Source: Candidatus Parcubacteria bacterium
Lineage (GTDB): Bacteria; Patescibacteriota; Patescibacteriia; Patescibacteriales; BM507
Assembly (NCBI GenBank): GCA_002869265.1
Contig: PKTH01000030.1
Coordinates: 1 to 51,699, forward strand
DNA length: 51,699 nucleotides
Reading direction: 5' to 3'
Part shown: piece by piece, positions 29,601 through 35,771 of the stretch
Layout: the number at the start of each line of letters is the position of its first letter
Position numbering within the stretch: position 1 is the stretch's first letter
Position numbers and translations under genes: made by a program
Notes under the pieces: generated by a model
Database searches by the model: none
What the model was told of the DNA's origin: nothing
Seen by the model: only the letters and a program-made list of their open reading frames with translations

Positions 29601-31648
29601 GCTCCATCATCAAGAGATTTTACCTTAAAGCTCTTTGGCACATATTCTCTCAATTGTCCTGAAAAATTATCTTCCGGACGCACTCTAATAGTCATCCCAT
29701 AATCAGCTATCGGATATATTCTGGTAGGGCCCAGTCGCTCGATACTGAAATCAAGCTTGTCTCTAACATCTATTGAGTCAGTAACCTCAAAATAACCACT
29801 ATTGGTTTTGGCGGTTAAAACCAAGTTATACTGACCCTCCTCTCCTAGACCGTAACGAGCAAAATAATCTGGCTCATCAATGACATTATCAGGACCACAT
29901 AAAGGATTTCTTTTTAAAAGACCGTTGTCTGTGCTTAAAATAATAGTATTCCCTACAGGAGTTTCAAGGGCTAAGGAGAGCTCAGCATCACAAACAGTGT
30001 GACCAACACTGTCCAAAACAGCCATTTGGAAAAAAGCAATTTCTTCTGCCTCAAAAATTGATTTATTTATGTTTAGAGCCAATACTCCCCAAGAAAAATC
30101 TTGAATATAGCTAGAGACAAAACCACCATCATTTACAAAAAGCTCAACTTTGTAGTTCCCAGGTTTAAACTGTCGAATATTTTCATCTAAAGATATTTCA
30201 AACTCTCCAGAGCCGAGATAATTAACAAAATAAGGTGCTACAATCTCTCTGCCATCCATATCTTTTACTTGAGCTTCAATTTCTATATTTTTATATTGAT
30301 CAATAAATATGTCAGCAATACTTGAGCCAATTTTTCCCAAAAGACCTCTTCTGGTTTTTTTGTATTCAAAAATAAATTCTGGTGTTTCATCATTTGTAAA
30401 ATAAACATTTTCTTCTTCAGGGATAATCTCTCGACTAGTACTCAAGTCTTGTTCGGCGGGTATTAATGTCTTGTCCTTAATAATAGAAAGCTCTTCATCT
30501 GCTTGATCGTAATTTATCTCAAGCCATAGGGCATCAATAAATATTTTTAGATCTGCTTCGGTTAATAGATCATCTTGCGGACTATCGTAAACGACTCTTA
30601 ATTTCAAATCTGAAAGCTGATCAATTTTATTATTAATCGGAAGTGAAAATGAAAAATAATCTTCATGATCAATGTTTGAAATCCCTGGATTGATTTTTAT
30701 CTCAGCAATGTCTTGCCAGTCATTACCAAAAGAATATTCAAAACGAATTTTATCATCTAAAAGATTGCTTCGCGCTGCCATGGAAACCTTCAATTTAATG
30801 TCTTTAATTTCGTTTTTTGAGTAATCAATCGGTAAACTAAATCCAGAAATAATCAAAGAGTTCGACTTTTTATTGTCTATTAGTGTTTCTTTATTCTGAG
30901 CCTTGGCAGTTTTGTATGAAAAAGGATAAAAAGTAGATTTAAGGAAATTAAAAGCAGATATCAGACCAGCAGATTCATCAACACTAGACTCTTCGCCTGT
31001 AGGAATGCTTACATCTTCCACCGACCACTCGTTTTGTTCAGAGTCATTAACTGGAAGCTGTTCCTCGGTGGCTGATTCTACGCTATCTGTGTTTTCAGGC
31101 GAAGAAATAACATCTTCAATAATTACCGACTCATCAGAAGGCAAAATCTCCTCTGCGGGCAAAGTAGTCAGCGGAGGATCTTCAGCTTGAATCTGATCAC
31201 TTTGCTCATTTAAGTCCGTAGGCTCAACGAGGTCTTCAGGATCGTCAATTACTTCTATGCTTTCATCCACTGGGTAGCTAGAATTGTTGAGTACTTCCAA
31301 ATTTTCTTCATCAATACCCAGAACCTCTCCACTAAGATCCGTTCCACTCTCCTCTTCGGGAGCTGTTTTAGGAAAAGAAATATAGGAAGAATTAGAATAA
31401 TCAAACTTGTTAAAATTATCTTCGCTAGACAAGTCTTGGAATAAAACATTACCAGGTGAACTCCAGGAAAAAAAATGATCGCTCACCTCAGTGTTGTAAG
31501 TGTCTGGATAGATATTGATATTTGCGTTTGATGCCTCAACCGAGAAAAAAATTCTAGAAAAAATATTGCTCAATAGAAACAAAAATATTACTAGAAAAAC
31601 AAGTCTAGAAAACAAGAATTTTGATTGTATTATTCTACGAATTCGCAT
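17615..31648 (-). CDS. Giant (4677 aa) secreted FN3/Ig-repeat surface protein, putative adhesin
   Basis: Uninterrupted 14-kb ORF; N-terminal signal/TM; 6 FN3 repeats (..WAYD..GN), 3 QKTDG..YCL domains, 3 YKW..CDD domains; C-terminal region homologous to the 588-aa protein. Confidence 0.85.
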   Translation of the reverse strand: MRIRRIIQSKFLFSRLVFLVIFLFLLSNIFSRIFFSVEASNANINIYPDTYNTEVSDHFFSWSSPGNVLFQDLSSEDNFNKFDYSNSSYISFPKTAPEEESGTDLSGEVLGIDEENLEVLNNSSYPVDESIEVIDDPEDLVEPTDLNEQSDQIQAEDPPLTTLPAEEILPSDESVIIEDVISSPENTDSVESATEEQLPVNDSEQNEWSVEDVSIPTGEESSVDESAGLISAFNFLKSTFYPFSYKTAKAQNKETLIDNKKSNSLIISGFSLPIDYSKNEIKDIKLKVSMAARSNLLDDKIRFEYSFGNDWQDIAEIKINPGISNIDHEDYFSFSLPINNKIDQLSDLKLRVVYDSPQDDLLTEADLKIFIDALWLEINYDQADEELSIIKDKTLIPAEQDLSTSREIIPEEENVYFTNDETPEFIFEYKKTRRGLLGKIGSSIADIFIDQYKNIEIEAQVKDMDGREIVAPYFVNYLGSGEFEISLDENIRQFKPGNYKVELFVNDGGFVSSYIQDFSWGVLALNINKSIFEAEEIAFFQMAVLDSVGHTVCDAELSLALETPVGNTIILSTDNGLLKRNPLCGPDNVIDEPDYFARYGLGEEGQYNLVLTAKTNSGYFEVTDSIDVRDKLDFSIERLGPTRIYPIADYGMTIRVRPEDNFSGQLREYVPKSFKVKSLDDGAQVIELEDEKVIIWEVDWQQGGSYDLSYVFDAPDVSPEFFLLGPAQVANNNGATVFSETRKWQIASDAVSTYDYDGGTSVNWTNASNAYNSIDNNYASRDIPRRDEPDSSNYLEVNSNTAPSYSYAITKVEIGLEGYTEDTGDVTAYLLPRFGGSTDGTAQSVSGATLGASDSDATFYVDITNDSQAPGTWTWTDVQNLDVRIYGNNSDNGQPRFLYIDQVRIRVEYTIPNDPPTGSFNSIAQKTDGTGVVDISIEIDDPDDDDVSAQIEYESGSGCTFASPQDPTLSEVDGDTSADFGDPNVLNYNTYQVGNATGWIETASGSNSVIFDWDSNTDIPTGDGTYCLRLTANDGTVDQTTSDTQTVTIDNVDPSTPGNLSVASVDGTSVTLNFGSASSDTNFDKYIIYYKAGSSGATTTDSSFTNSDMDLANYNGASTVNIGSLFPSTQYVFNIWAYDDFGNLALAGTEVSTTTTAQLVPPISSVNSVAQKTDGSGVVDISVEVDDGNDDDVKMRVDYVAGSTCDFTTPLDPSFDETPANISADFGTLIIDNASTYQIGTSTGLISTASGSNTLLFDWDTSLDIPTADGTYCLQFTANDSGSGDQTTPATSTLLIDNVSPSVPGALSLSTSSDTSITLNFGASSTDSNFSEYKIFYKEGSGGVSESDFEHLDDDLLYIDFNDTSSTKVTDLNPETTYYFKVWAYDDYGNKASSSEVNFTTSEAIPRRANSVTFLAGMNYGDGTTGENSDTDQTFTAFNFLLGESSVEIKNAYIIFEAQYEAYANNVGNYSGYNLAFDTCAEPCTADAFSGTNRILKDDNTVLSYDETESNHIRILYDVTNETQLAAYTGNSSLMEAQVGYRIERGAITDSIAHASAQLVITYVYNDSLTENITKTVYYPLDSDVAGDSGTRLSSQANGCTLDTDCPTFDYQMDIPEYGTSLSNWFKTQYVNDHNNSNKTEDVSLDVNIETVNVNSATVVHENVNAGTQARPPVYYFGGLPGLSPNTAQKLEMHPASSLAYVYYLMGGEVAMTYVASSSAATKTRTVSYPLGVLNNGASTALSSAAVDVYFPENGAASGVVSVKDAWVRIVSSNYVSAPVSVTVSTQVGTNTQSGNYAYNYDPGAVIVNPTFDIYHIIPSSDYAELSLANGTSPKTVTVNTTNSTANQAGLSAELMITYTYTEESNGYLSNVSLYAGQSDVNGNSQLATSTTARIVAPEIVGTKTIVGAQLETSYLISDSSGTVTGGNATIDSDISTSTPSCSNTYQAAVDSTNAFSRFYNDVSSALVAVNSTQYTSCYSNNGVGSGTGGAKMNSILSYTYQYTPPPPEFTQNDWRWYDNIDSELPTSAKASENTAISQVYLADVLRLRMNVSVAKEDMATSSKSFKLQFGKGSDCSVIASWTDVGDIGSGEAWEGYNNSSVSDGISATSTLLASSTIVETYEEENPSATVINAVPKGEVAEWDWALYNNNASSSADYCFRMVESDDTEFEYYNTDGYPKLSTSPANTAPSVATNLEQFFDDEITVINNQNWISENNVRLRAQATDPDVNETITLYFEVIDNLSSFTTATSEPTGACVWGTAYGSCASNIWYVATSSPDFFRYNPYVGTTSITAIPDGSYKWHVLSCDDNAECSSWVVPGANPNFKIDTVDPSPPGALGDIAVSPTSITVSFGASTTETNFLEYKIFYKEGSSGVTESDFEYLNPSVLDYQNYNGATSTEIGSLSAGTQYVLNIWAYDKAGNKASSTIELSTTTNSSLTPPTGSMVSTVQKTDGTGAVDILLRADDPDNDNTLRAKIQYVAGIACDFSSPNVATIDERDAFTSADYGDPKVDNNQSYQVGSSTGWIWTAPGENYVAFDWLAKTDVPGVEGTYCLRSTINDGVFDQSSPGNKLVLLDTIDPTSPGALTLNQKNSESVVLNLGGATTENNFAGYKIFYATSSPVTEAGTEHTDSNLSDIDYNFAATTTVSGLTPGVTYYFNIWAYDDNGNNASSTQLSVTTNYLPSTLVIGDQYWNDGLTPISNGSWITNDDIYLSASVLDQDSSEIPTIYFELIETGDTFTSATTTPSGACAWGTAYTSCGSNIWFISTSTPGDFSVIPFYATTSITNIPDSSTGYKWQAFACDDDGGCVGDWEGFNATTPNFKVDDTAPSAPGSLVESSKNSSNITMTFGTSTDEINFSTYKIFYSTSSPVTESDIEHTDANLAYKNYNGVSITTVSDLESNTQYFFNIWAYDEAGNKTSATESSITTDPISSTPGVFFYTKNTRTLFYKYWDGAAWSSEQTGPTLGSAAGDNIRHIDSIRSDDGARILVVVKTWDGTNQEWWGTVYRYAANDFINSSQLGSALTAATDNDKISSCLASLSDGEFFVIRNNNASNGTLVYSWDSSGWTTEAVGPDPGEVVNGCRLTRRPGTDNYVLTTFDNHYHRQSGHDYYGNVGTAYYYGGSSYTNSWTSWTEHSVEEEDLANYVGEVYFNDSDNTEGAINFSSSDVNAYTQAKYFVVTNNTINYGTAANSPATWSGDFVHGEFAVNPESDGVAYYIGDDINGEVNVFKVDISTAAPVWSTPANSDNISGTNSYSYANDAQKPYDIVFYDVDLGVALWNENTSATPKYRNLDASANSLDATSTAVPGAAAGTWSRVRTDIDPNENEFIAIYQNSSSDYTAVFWDGFNARFYNSSDNPSSNQIWTTIATGITPSDYDDDATSFSYAKRNSAPNTPSLLVQYESDATTTISNQGWSKTPEVYLEATTNDPDTSEVISLYIQLIPEASSFETSTLEPSGACSWGTAYGSCGTKIWFVSTSTAGDYSVTKFSDSLSIPSVPDSSTGYKWQVIACDDQAKCSNWVKYNLTTPNFKVDTVNPSAPGALSEQSKTSSSIILDFGAETTELNFSEYKIFYSTTSPVSELDIEHVDANLSSKNYSGASDTTIYNLDANTTYYINIWAYDEAGNKASSTQTSVTTNQAPYLDQASFIIENDDGTGVNNNTSAATIDTTLSNLYVGERFNARLQLENTGGDAALNTTYKIQFENQTNDPGNWIDVGVATEISYSAGISGTDGDLITSSKAALNANTWTNGTWHEESGQTGVFSLNQNYYTEFVFALETSNALVGDTYRVRLYNLSEDKALDNYSSYLNFSTVATDTLRYSKENVSIVPSASSDLVYYLDPNGYSDVASDNGVRDTLDTSSEYPIYNFVRKHTNNTDAVDVTWNGQSGIGGADGAVYLQAYRFGSTNAWVTIASTTASIANTDFSLVGSLNSALTEYYNGSNYTSWRVYQDIASSTTFSSDYISFSFSAASPDTKQIHYRFRNDDNTETLATWREDEDDGDPLTGTALAIGSTTRLRIEVANTGGGSATDYDYQIEYAYTTSGCATDPGGWTTVPVGATTEEWEMTTSSYFTDGDSTTAQLANTETYTFVSGAMVADPSNSSGNITLIENRYTEIEYAIRATVDAVTAGTYCFRVTDSGSTLDSYDIYPELTLAGISNSAPSFTANPSDNNSATSTPTNLGQDVTFTATALDAETDDYYLAICQTDSIQPGNDGPPICQGGSWCTSELASSTAEATCNYTTVTSSESLEWYAFLCDKYAGVGNAKCSTSSQGSGTGIANDSPFVVNHPPVFTSIITSDDDNDPGSSFTITTTSNDPDSLGGDDIVSLYVCIGTSAGFAGCSGGPTDTICSYATSTDNVSCSFTDTAPTPSGDYTYNAFLFDNHSLAATDNYRTNTYTINNVAPVLGSLTLNGGSAITLNLKGAGGTPMNTVLASVSDQNGCDTGIVGASAAIYMSDATGGFNCTPNDSDCYQINPLSCTKTDCSGDTDATAAYTCSTTMEYFAVPTDDAENNPWSLFNWLSYISIFDGLSYAATSSQPVELNTTIALGVNEDTIDFGSDLFVGEDTGAENATTTIVNLGNSPIDTTLSGTDMSGSPSGTITVNNIEWDMNNFTWSGGTNLTAIGQDVNIITPNPTDASEVSDQLYWGIGIPFGADASIYNGQNDFSVKLDNDDWQLY

Positions 31649-31755
31649 GGGGACAAATATCGAGATGAAACTTTAATTTTACACTAAAATTAGCAGTTAA
31701 ATTGGACAAAAAATTTAACTGATTTTTACAGTATTTATTTCATATTTATTAAACT

Positions 31756-31764
31756 ATTATACCA
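31756..31764 (-). promoter_or_regulatory. Extended -10 promoter (TGGTATAAT) of the giant gene
   Basis: TGnTATAAT about 110 nt upstream of the ATG at 31648. Confidence 0.5.
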
Positions 31765-31821
31765 TATAAAGCTATGAATTTTCAAATAAGAAATTTCAGA
31801 ATTTTAGGAAAATTTTCCATC

Positions 31822-31846
31822 AAAAAAAGCCCACTTTCAAGCGGGC
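31822..31846 (-). terminator. Intrinsic terminator after the PilM-like gene
   Basis: Minus strand GCCCGCTTGAAAGTGGGC followed by TTTTTTT. Confidence 0.8.
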
Positions 31847-31867
31847 CAAAGGAAGAAAATTTTACAA

Positions 31868-32896
31868 TTAAAGTAAATTAAAATATTTAAAAATACCCTT
31901 TAATACACTTTGCTCGTTTTTATAAACTAATTTTTCTTTAAAGGGATCACAATTCGCTGCCCCAAAAGATAAAAGAAAATTTTGTTTACTCTCCCCTGCA
32001 AGAAATTCAAGTTTATTAATTTTTTTTACTTGATTGTCTGTTTCTTTTTTAACAAAATGTTCGAAAGAATTATTTAGAAAGTCCAATCCGCAAAAAAACA
32101 ATGCATCAACATTTTTGTTTACTTCGTTGATAGAGAAATGGATAGCTTTTTCCAGCTCGAGAATAACATCTTCAAAAATTATATGGACAGTATTTGTATT
32201 TCTATTCATTTTATTTAAATCGATTTTACTTTTTGAAATACTTTCATAAATTTCCTGAAAGTTTTCTTCTATTTTTTTTACTGATCTATAATGCAATTGT
32301 CCTTCAGAAAAAAAAGATACTGAGAATAAACTTTTTGAAAAATTACAAAGAAAATAATTTTCATCTCTGCTGCGGTGGACAACTTTAGAAGCAATAAGCT
32401 CTGGAATAAATAAATTTATTTTTAAACTAAATTTTTTAAATACATTCGTCCAAGTTTCCAGATAATCCACATCAATAGCAAGTCCCAAAATTCTCTTATC
32501 TTTTTTGTTTGAATAATTAGAACCCAAAAGAATTTGATATAAATATTTATAATCGTTTATCTTACCTGGAAGACTTTCATTGAATTCTTTGTCTAGGGCT
32601 TTTTTAGACAATTTTGAATTGTTGTTTGTAAATAATTTAAAAAAACACTTTGACTCTTCTGCTACAAAGTAAATATTATCGCCTGAAAATGGGCCATTTT
32701 GACCATTACGAAGAACTTTCTCTATATGACTAAGCAAGACAGCCTGTTCTCTTGGTAATCCATTTTTTACAAGTCCATCAGGCAAAGAATGCTTAATTAA
32801 ATTTGTGGTATGTGAAAAATTATCACCAAAAGATTGCTCTACTATTTCTATTTCTGTACCCGATATTTTTATTCCGGTTATTTTTTTGTTAAACAG
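31868..32896 (-). CDS. Divergent PilM-like (actin-fold type IV pilus assembly) protein, probable non-ATG start
   Basis: Frame stays open upstream of the track start: (L)FNKKITGIKISGTEIEIVEQ...HSLPDGLVKNG, resembling the PilM N-terminus; later ILELEKAIHF..VDALFFCG and SFGAA; CTG at 32896 in frame; TGCTATAAT at 32940-32932. Confidence 0.55.
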   Translation of the reverse strand: MFNKKITGIKISGTEIEIVEQSFGDNFSHTTNLIKHSLPDGLVKNGLPREQAVLLSHIEKVLRNGQNGPFSGDNIYFVAEESKCFFKLFTNNNSKLSKKALDKEFNESLPGKINDYKYLYQILLGSNYSNKKDKRILGLAIDVDYLETWTNVFKKFSLKINLFIPELIASKVVHRSRDENYFLCNFSKSLFSVSFFSEGQLHYRSVKKIEENFQEIYESISKSKIDLNKMNRNTNTVHIIFEDVILELEKAIHFSINEVNKNVDALFFCGLDFLNNSFEHFVKKETDNQVKKINKLEFLAGESKQNFLLSFGAANCDPFKEKLVYKNEQSVLKGIFKYFNLL

Positions 32897-33055
32897 TTTT
32901 GAAATATTTTTTTTATTATTTTTATTTATAAATTATAGCATAGAAAAATATTTTTTATAATTTAGTCTAAAAAATCATTGTATAATAAATTTTATTTTGA
33001 TATAATTTAAGTATAAAAAATTTAAAATATTTTACTCAAGAGAGGAGGTGATAAT

Positions 33056-33361
33056 ATGGCAAAAAAAGTAGTCGCTAAGAAAAAAGTTGCAAAGAAACCT
33101 GCAGCTAAAAAGAAAGTTGTAAAAAAAGCAGCTCCAAAGAAAAAAGTAGTCGCTAAGAAAAAAGCAGCTCCAAAGAAAAAAGTTGCAAAGAAACCTGCAG
33201 CTAAAAAGAAAGTTGTGAAAAAAGCAGCTCCAAAGAAAAAAGTTGCAAAGAAACCTGCTAAGAAAAAGGTGGTTAAAAAGAAAGCGGTGAAAAAAGCAGC
33301 TCCAAAGAAAAAAGTTGCAAAGAAACCTGCTAAGAAAAAAGTTGCAAAAAAGAAAAAATAA
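33056..33361 (+). CDS. Histone H1-like / Hc2-like Lys-Ala-rich DNA-binding protein
   Basis: Only K/A/V/P repeats (KKVAKKPAAKK, KKAAPKKK); strong SD GAGGAGGTG, TGATATAAT at 32998-33006, own terminator. Confidence 0.8.
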   Translation: MAKKVVAKKKVAKKPAAKKKVVKKAAPKKKVVAKKKAAPKKKVAKKPAAKKKVVKKAAPKKKVAKKPAKKKVVKKKAVKKAAPKKKVAKKPAKKKVAKKKK

Positions 33362-33405
33362 AAATACTTTCTATATTGAATTTTAAAACTAGCTTAATTC
33401 AAGGA

Positions 33406-33448
33406 GAAAAAAAGAAAACGTTCTACCAAGATACGTTTTCTTTTTTTT
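33406..33448 (+). terminator. Intrinsic terminator of the histone-like gene
   Basis: AAAAAAAGAAAACGT..ACGTTTTCTTTTTTTT. Confidence 0.75.
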
Positions 33449-33452
33449 CAAT

Positions 33453-33483
33453 AAAAAAGGACTTTTTAGAATAGCCCTTTTTT
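33453..33483 (-). terminator. Probable terminator of module B distal genes
   Basis: Imperfect inverted repeat AAAAAAGG..CCTTTTTT just past the 33497 stop. Confidence 0.5.
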
Positions 33484-33496
33484 ATATATTTACTTA

Positions 33497-35260
33497 CTAT
33501 TTTTTGTGCTTAAGATGGATTTCTTTATTTACATCTTCTATTTCTTTCCCTATAAACTCCTCTGAGATATCAAGAGCGTCTTGTAATTTATCCTTCACTC
33601 TTTTCTCAGACTCGCTTAAACCAGTCTTTTTGTCAGCTAGAGCCATTAATTCCTCTACCTCTTCTCTTAGGGCTGTAAAAATCTCTCCTAGTTTTAACTT
33701 GGCTTCTTCGGTCTCTCTGGCAATTCTTATTCGCTCTTCGCCAAACTTATGCTTAATAAACCAAATATATGTACATAAGCCTATAATAATCAAAAGTAGG
33801 ATAAGTATTATTATAAGACCATATGCCTCTATAATACTTGGACTAACAACAAGGAGAATATGTTTTGCTGTTTTGAAACTTTGTGCTCCTCTATCGTCCA
33901 CAATCCAAGCACGAACTTCGTAATTCCCCTTTTCTAGCTTATCTTGATGGAAATATGACCAATTCCCTTCTTCGTCTGTTCTTGTAGTATAGACTTCCAA
34001 CTCTTTTTCTGATTTAGCAATACTGATGTTTATTGTCACGTCTGGGTAAAATGATTTACCTCTAATAACAAGCTCCTGGTTTGTTTTAATAGATCCTGGT
34101 ATATCTGAGATAATTGGTGATTTTAGAGGCTCAACAAAGAAGCTAATTGAAGATGAGGCAGAATTTTGTGCTTTATCATATGCAATTAATTGGAATTTGT
34201 GTTCGCCTGGGTCGAGTCTATCAACAGTGTACTTTCCGCCCGTAACTTCTCCAACCTCTACTCTCTTAACATCTGTACCCTTTACCAGTTCATAATAATC
34301 AATACCAGAAGTCTTATCTTCAGCTGAGAATAATAAATCAGGTGATGGATTGTTGGAGTCGCCACCATTATCTGCTCTTAGATTTTTTAACTCTGGGGCG
34401 TTTGTATCAATCAAAAATTTTCTGTGGGCAATCTTTCCCCAACCAGAATTATTTTGATATTTAATATGTACATACCACTCACCATCTTCAACATTGTCAA
34501 ATTTTTTACTCTCGATTATACCATCAGAAATTGGTCCTGGGTCAGATTCCGGAGAATCTGTTATCGATATACTAACTCCTGTTAATTCGGCTAACATTTT
34601 CCAATTAAATTCTGGGTCATTGTCAGCATACCAAGCATCAACCTCTTCATGACTTTTAGATTTAATTTCAGGCTTAGGTGGTAATATTCCTCGAACAACC
34701 TCTTCTTCTTTTGGCTCTGGTTTTTTTTCAGGTTGTTTTTCTTCTATTACTTCTTCTGGCTCTTCAATTAATGTATAAGATGCATTGCCAAAACTCCCTA
34801 AAACATCTGTCCCTTTACCATCCTGAGCTAAAACAGAACCTGAAGAGAAACTTACTGTCGTATCACCTGCTTTTTTTACCTTAAAATTTGCTGTAAATAT
34901 AAGACCGGCCGCACCTTTATAAGCGCCTGGCAAACCACCTCCAAAGGAAATAGTGCCGGCTGAATTAGAATAGGTGGGCTCTGTTACCCATAGTTTAAAA
35001 ATAGTTCCTGAATCTGAAAGACTTGAAACACTTAAAAATTCTGGGTCAAATTTTATAAGACCCTCAGCCGCATTTATTCCAGGACTTCCACCACTATTAA
35101 CCATCACCTTCACTGAAATACTTTTTCCTTGAACATATTCTCCACTGGATGGTGACAAAAAGAGTGTGGCTTCTGCGGCTCTACTTTCTCTAACTAAAAG
35201 AGGGGAAATATTTATTCCCAAAAAAAATAACAATATTATTAAAAATTTTATCCTCCTCAT
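33497..35260 (-). CDS. Membrane-anchored cohesin-domain protein, paralog of 5560-7314
   Basis: TLFLSPSSG..INAAEG..IFKLW..ISFGGG..GSVLAQDGKGTDVL; Ig domains; TM; coiled-coil tail ending KEIEDV. Confidence 0.75.
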   Translation of the reverse strand: MRRIKFLIILLFFLGINISPLLVRESRAAEATLFLSPSSGEYVQGKSISVKVMVNSGGSPGINAAEGLIKFDPEFLSVSSLSDSGTIFKLWVTEPTYSNSAGTISFGGGLPGAYKGAAGLIFTANFKVKKAGDTTVSFSSGSVLAQDGKGTDVLGSFGNASYTLIEEPEEVIEEKQPEKKPEPKEEEVVRGILPPKPEIKSKSHEEVDAWYADNDPEFNWKMLAELTGVSISITDSPESDPGPISDGIIESKKFDNVEDGEWYVHIKYQNNSGWGKIAHRKFLIDTNAPELKNLRADNGGDSNNPSPDLLFSAEDKTSGIDYYELVKGTDVKRVEVGEVTGGKYTVDRLDPGEHKFQLIAYDKAQNSASSSISFFVEPLKSPIISDIPGSIKTNQELVIRGKSFYPDVTINISIAKSEKELEVYTTRTDEEGNWSYFHQDKLEKGNYEVRAWIVDDRGAQSFKTAKHILLVVSPSIIEAYGLIIILILLLIIIGLCTYIWFIKHKFGEERIRIARETEEAKLKLGEIFTALREEVEELMALADKKTGLSESEKRVKDKLQDALDISEEFIGKEIEDVNKEIHLKHKK

Positions 35261-35272
35261 AAATTAAAACTT

Positions 35273-35707
35273 TTAGTTTTTTTCGATTTCTATTTTCATT
35301 TTTCCTTTCTGTAGACGCAAGAAAGGAAGCTTTAAAACCAAAATACCATTTTTAACCTTTGCATCAATTCGAGAAACATCAACTTCTTGCGGCAGTATGA
35401 TCTGTCTGTAAAATGACCCCCAGGAACATTCTTGCCTTAAATATTCTTTAGCCTCTTCGTCAACTTCAATCATTGGTAGCATTCTTTTCCCTTTTAGAGT
35501 CAAAACATCATTTTCATTTTCGATTGAGATATCTAATGTTTCAATATTTATACCCGCAATTAATGCTATGATAAAAATTTCTTCTTTAGTCTGAAAAATA
35601 TCAACATCTAATTGCATAAAACCTTGGGGTTTTTTATCCTTCTTGGGTTCTTCTTTTTTTACTTCCTCGGTTTCAATTTTATCTTTTATTTTATCTAGAA
35701 ATCCCAT
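35273..35707 (-). CDS. Hsp20/alpha-crystallin small heat-shock protein
   Basis: LDVDIFQT..LTLKGKR..QECSWGSFYRQIILP..IDAKVKNGILVLKLP; own TGTTATAAT at 35741-35733. Confidence 0.9.
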   Translation of the reverse strand: MGFLDKIKDKIETEEVKKEEPKKDKKPQGFMQLDVDIFQTKEEIFIIALIAGINIETLDISIENENDVLTLKGKRMLPMIEVDEEAKEYLRQECSWGSFYRQIILPQEVDVSRIDAKVKNGILVLKLPFLRLQKGKMKIEIEKN

Positions 35708-35771
35708 AATTTTCTTTTTAATTATTTACTTTATTATAACACATATCAAACAATCATACCAAATATTTATA

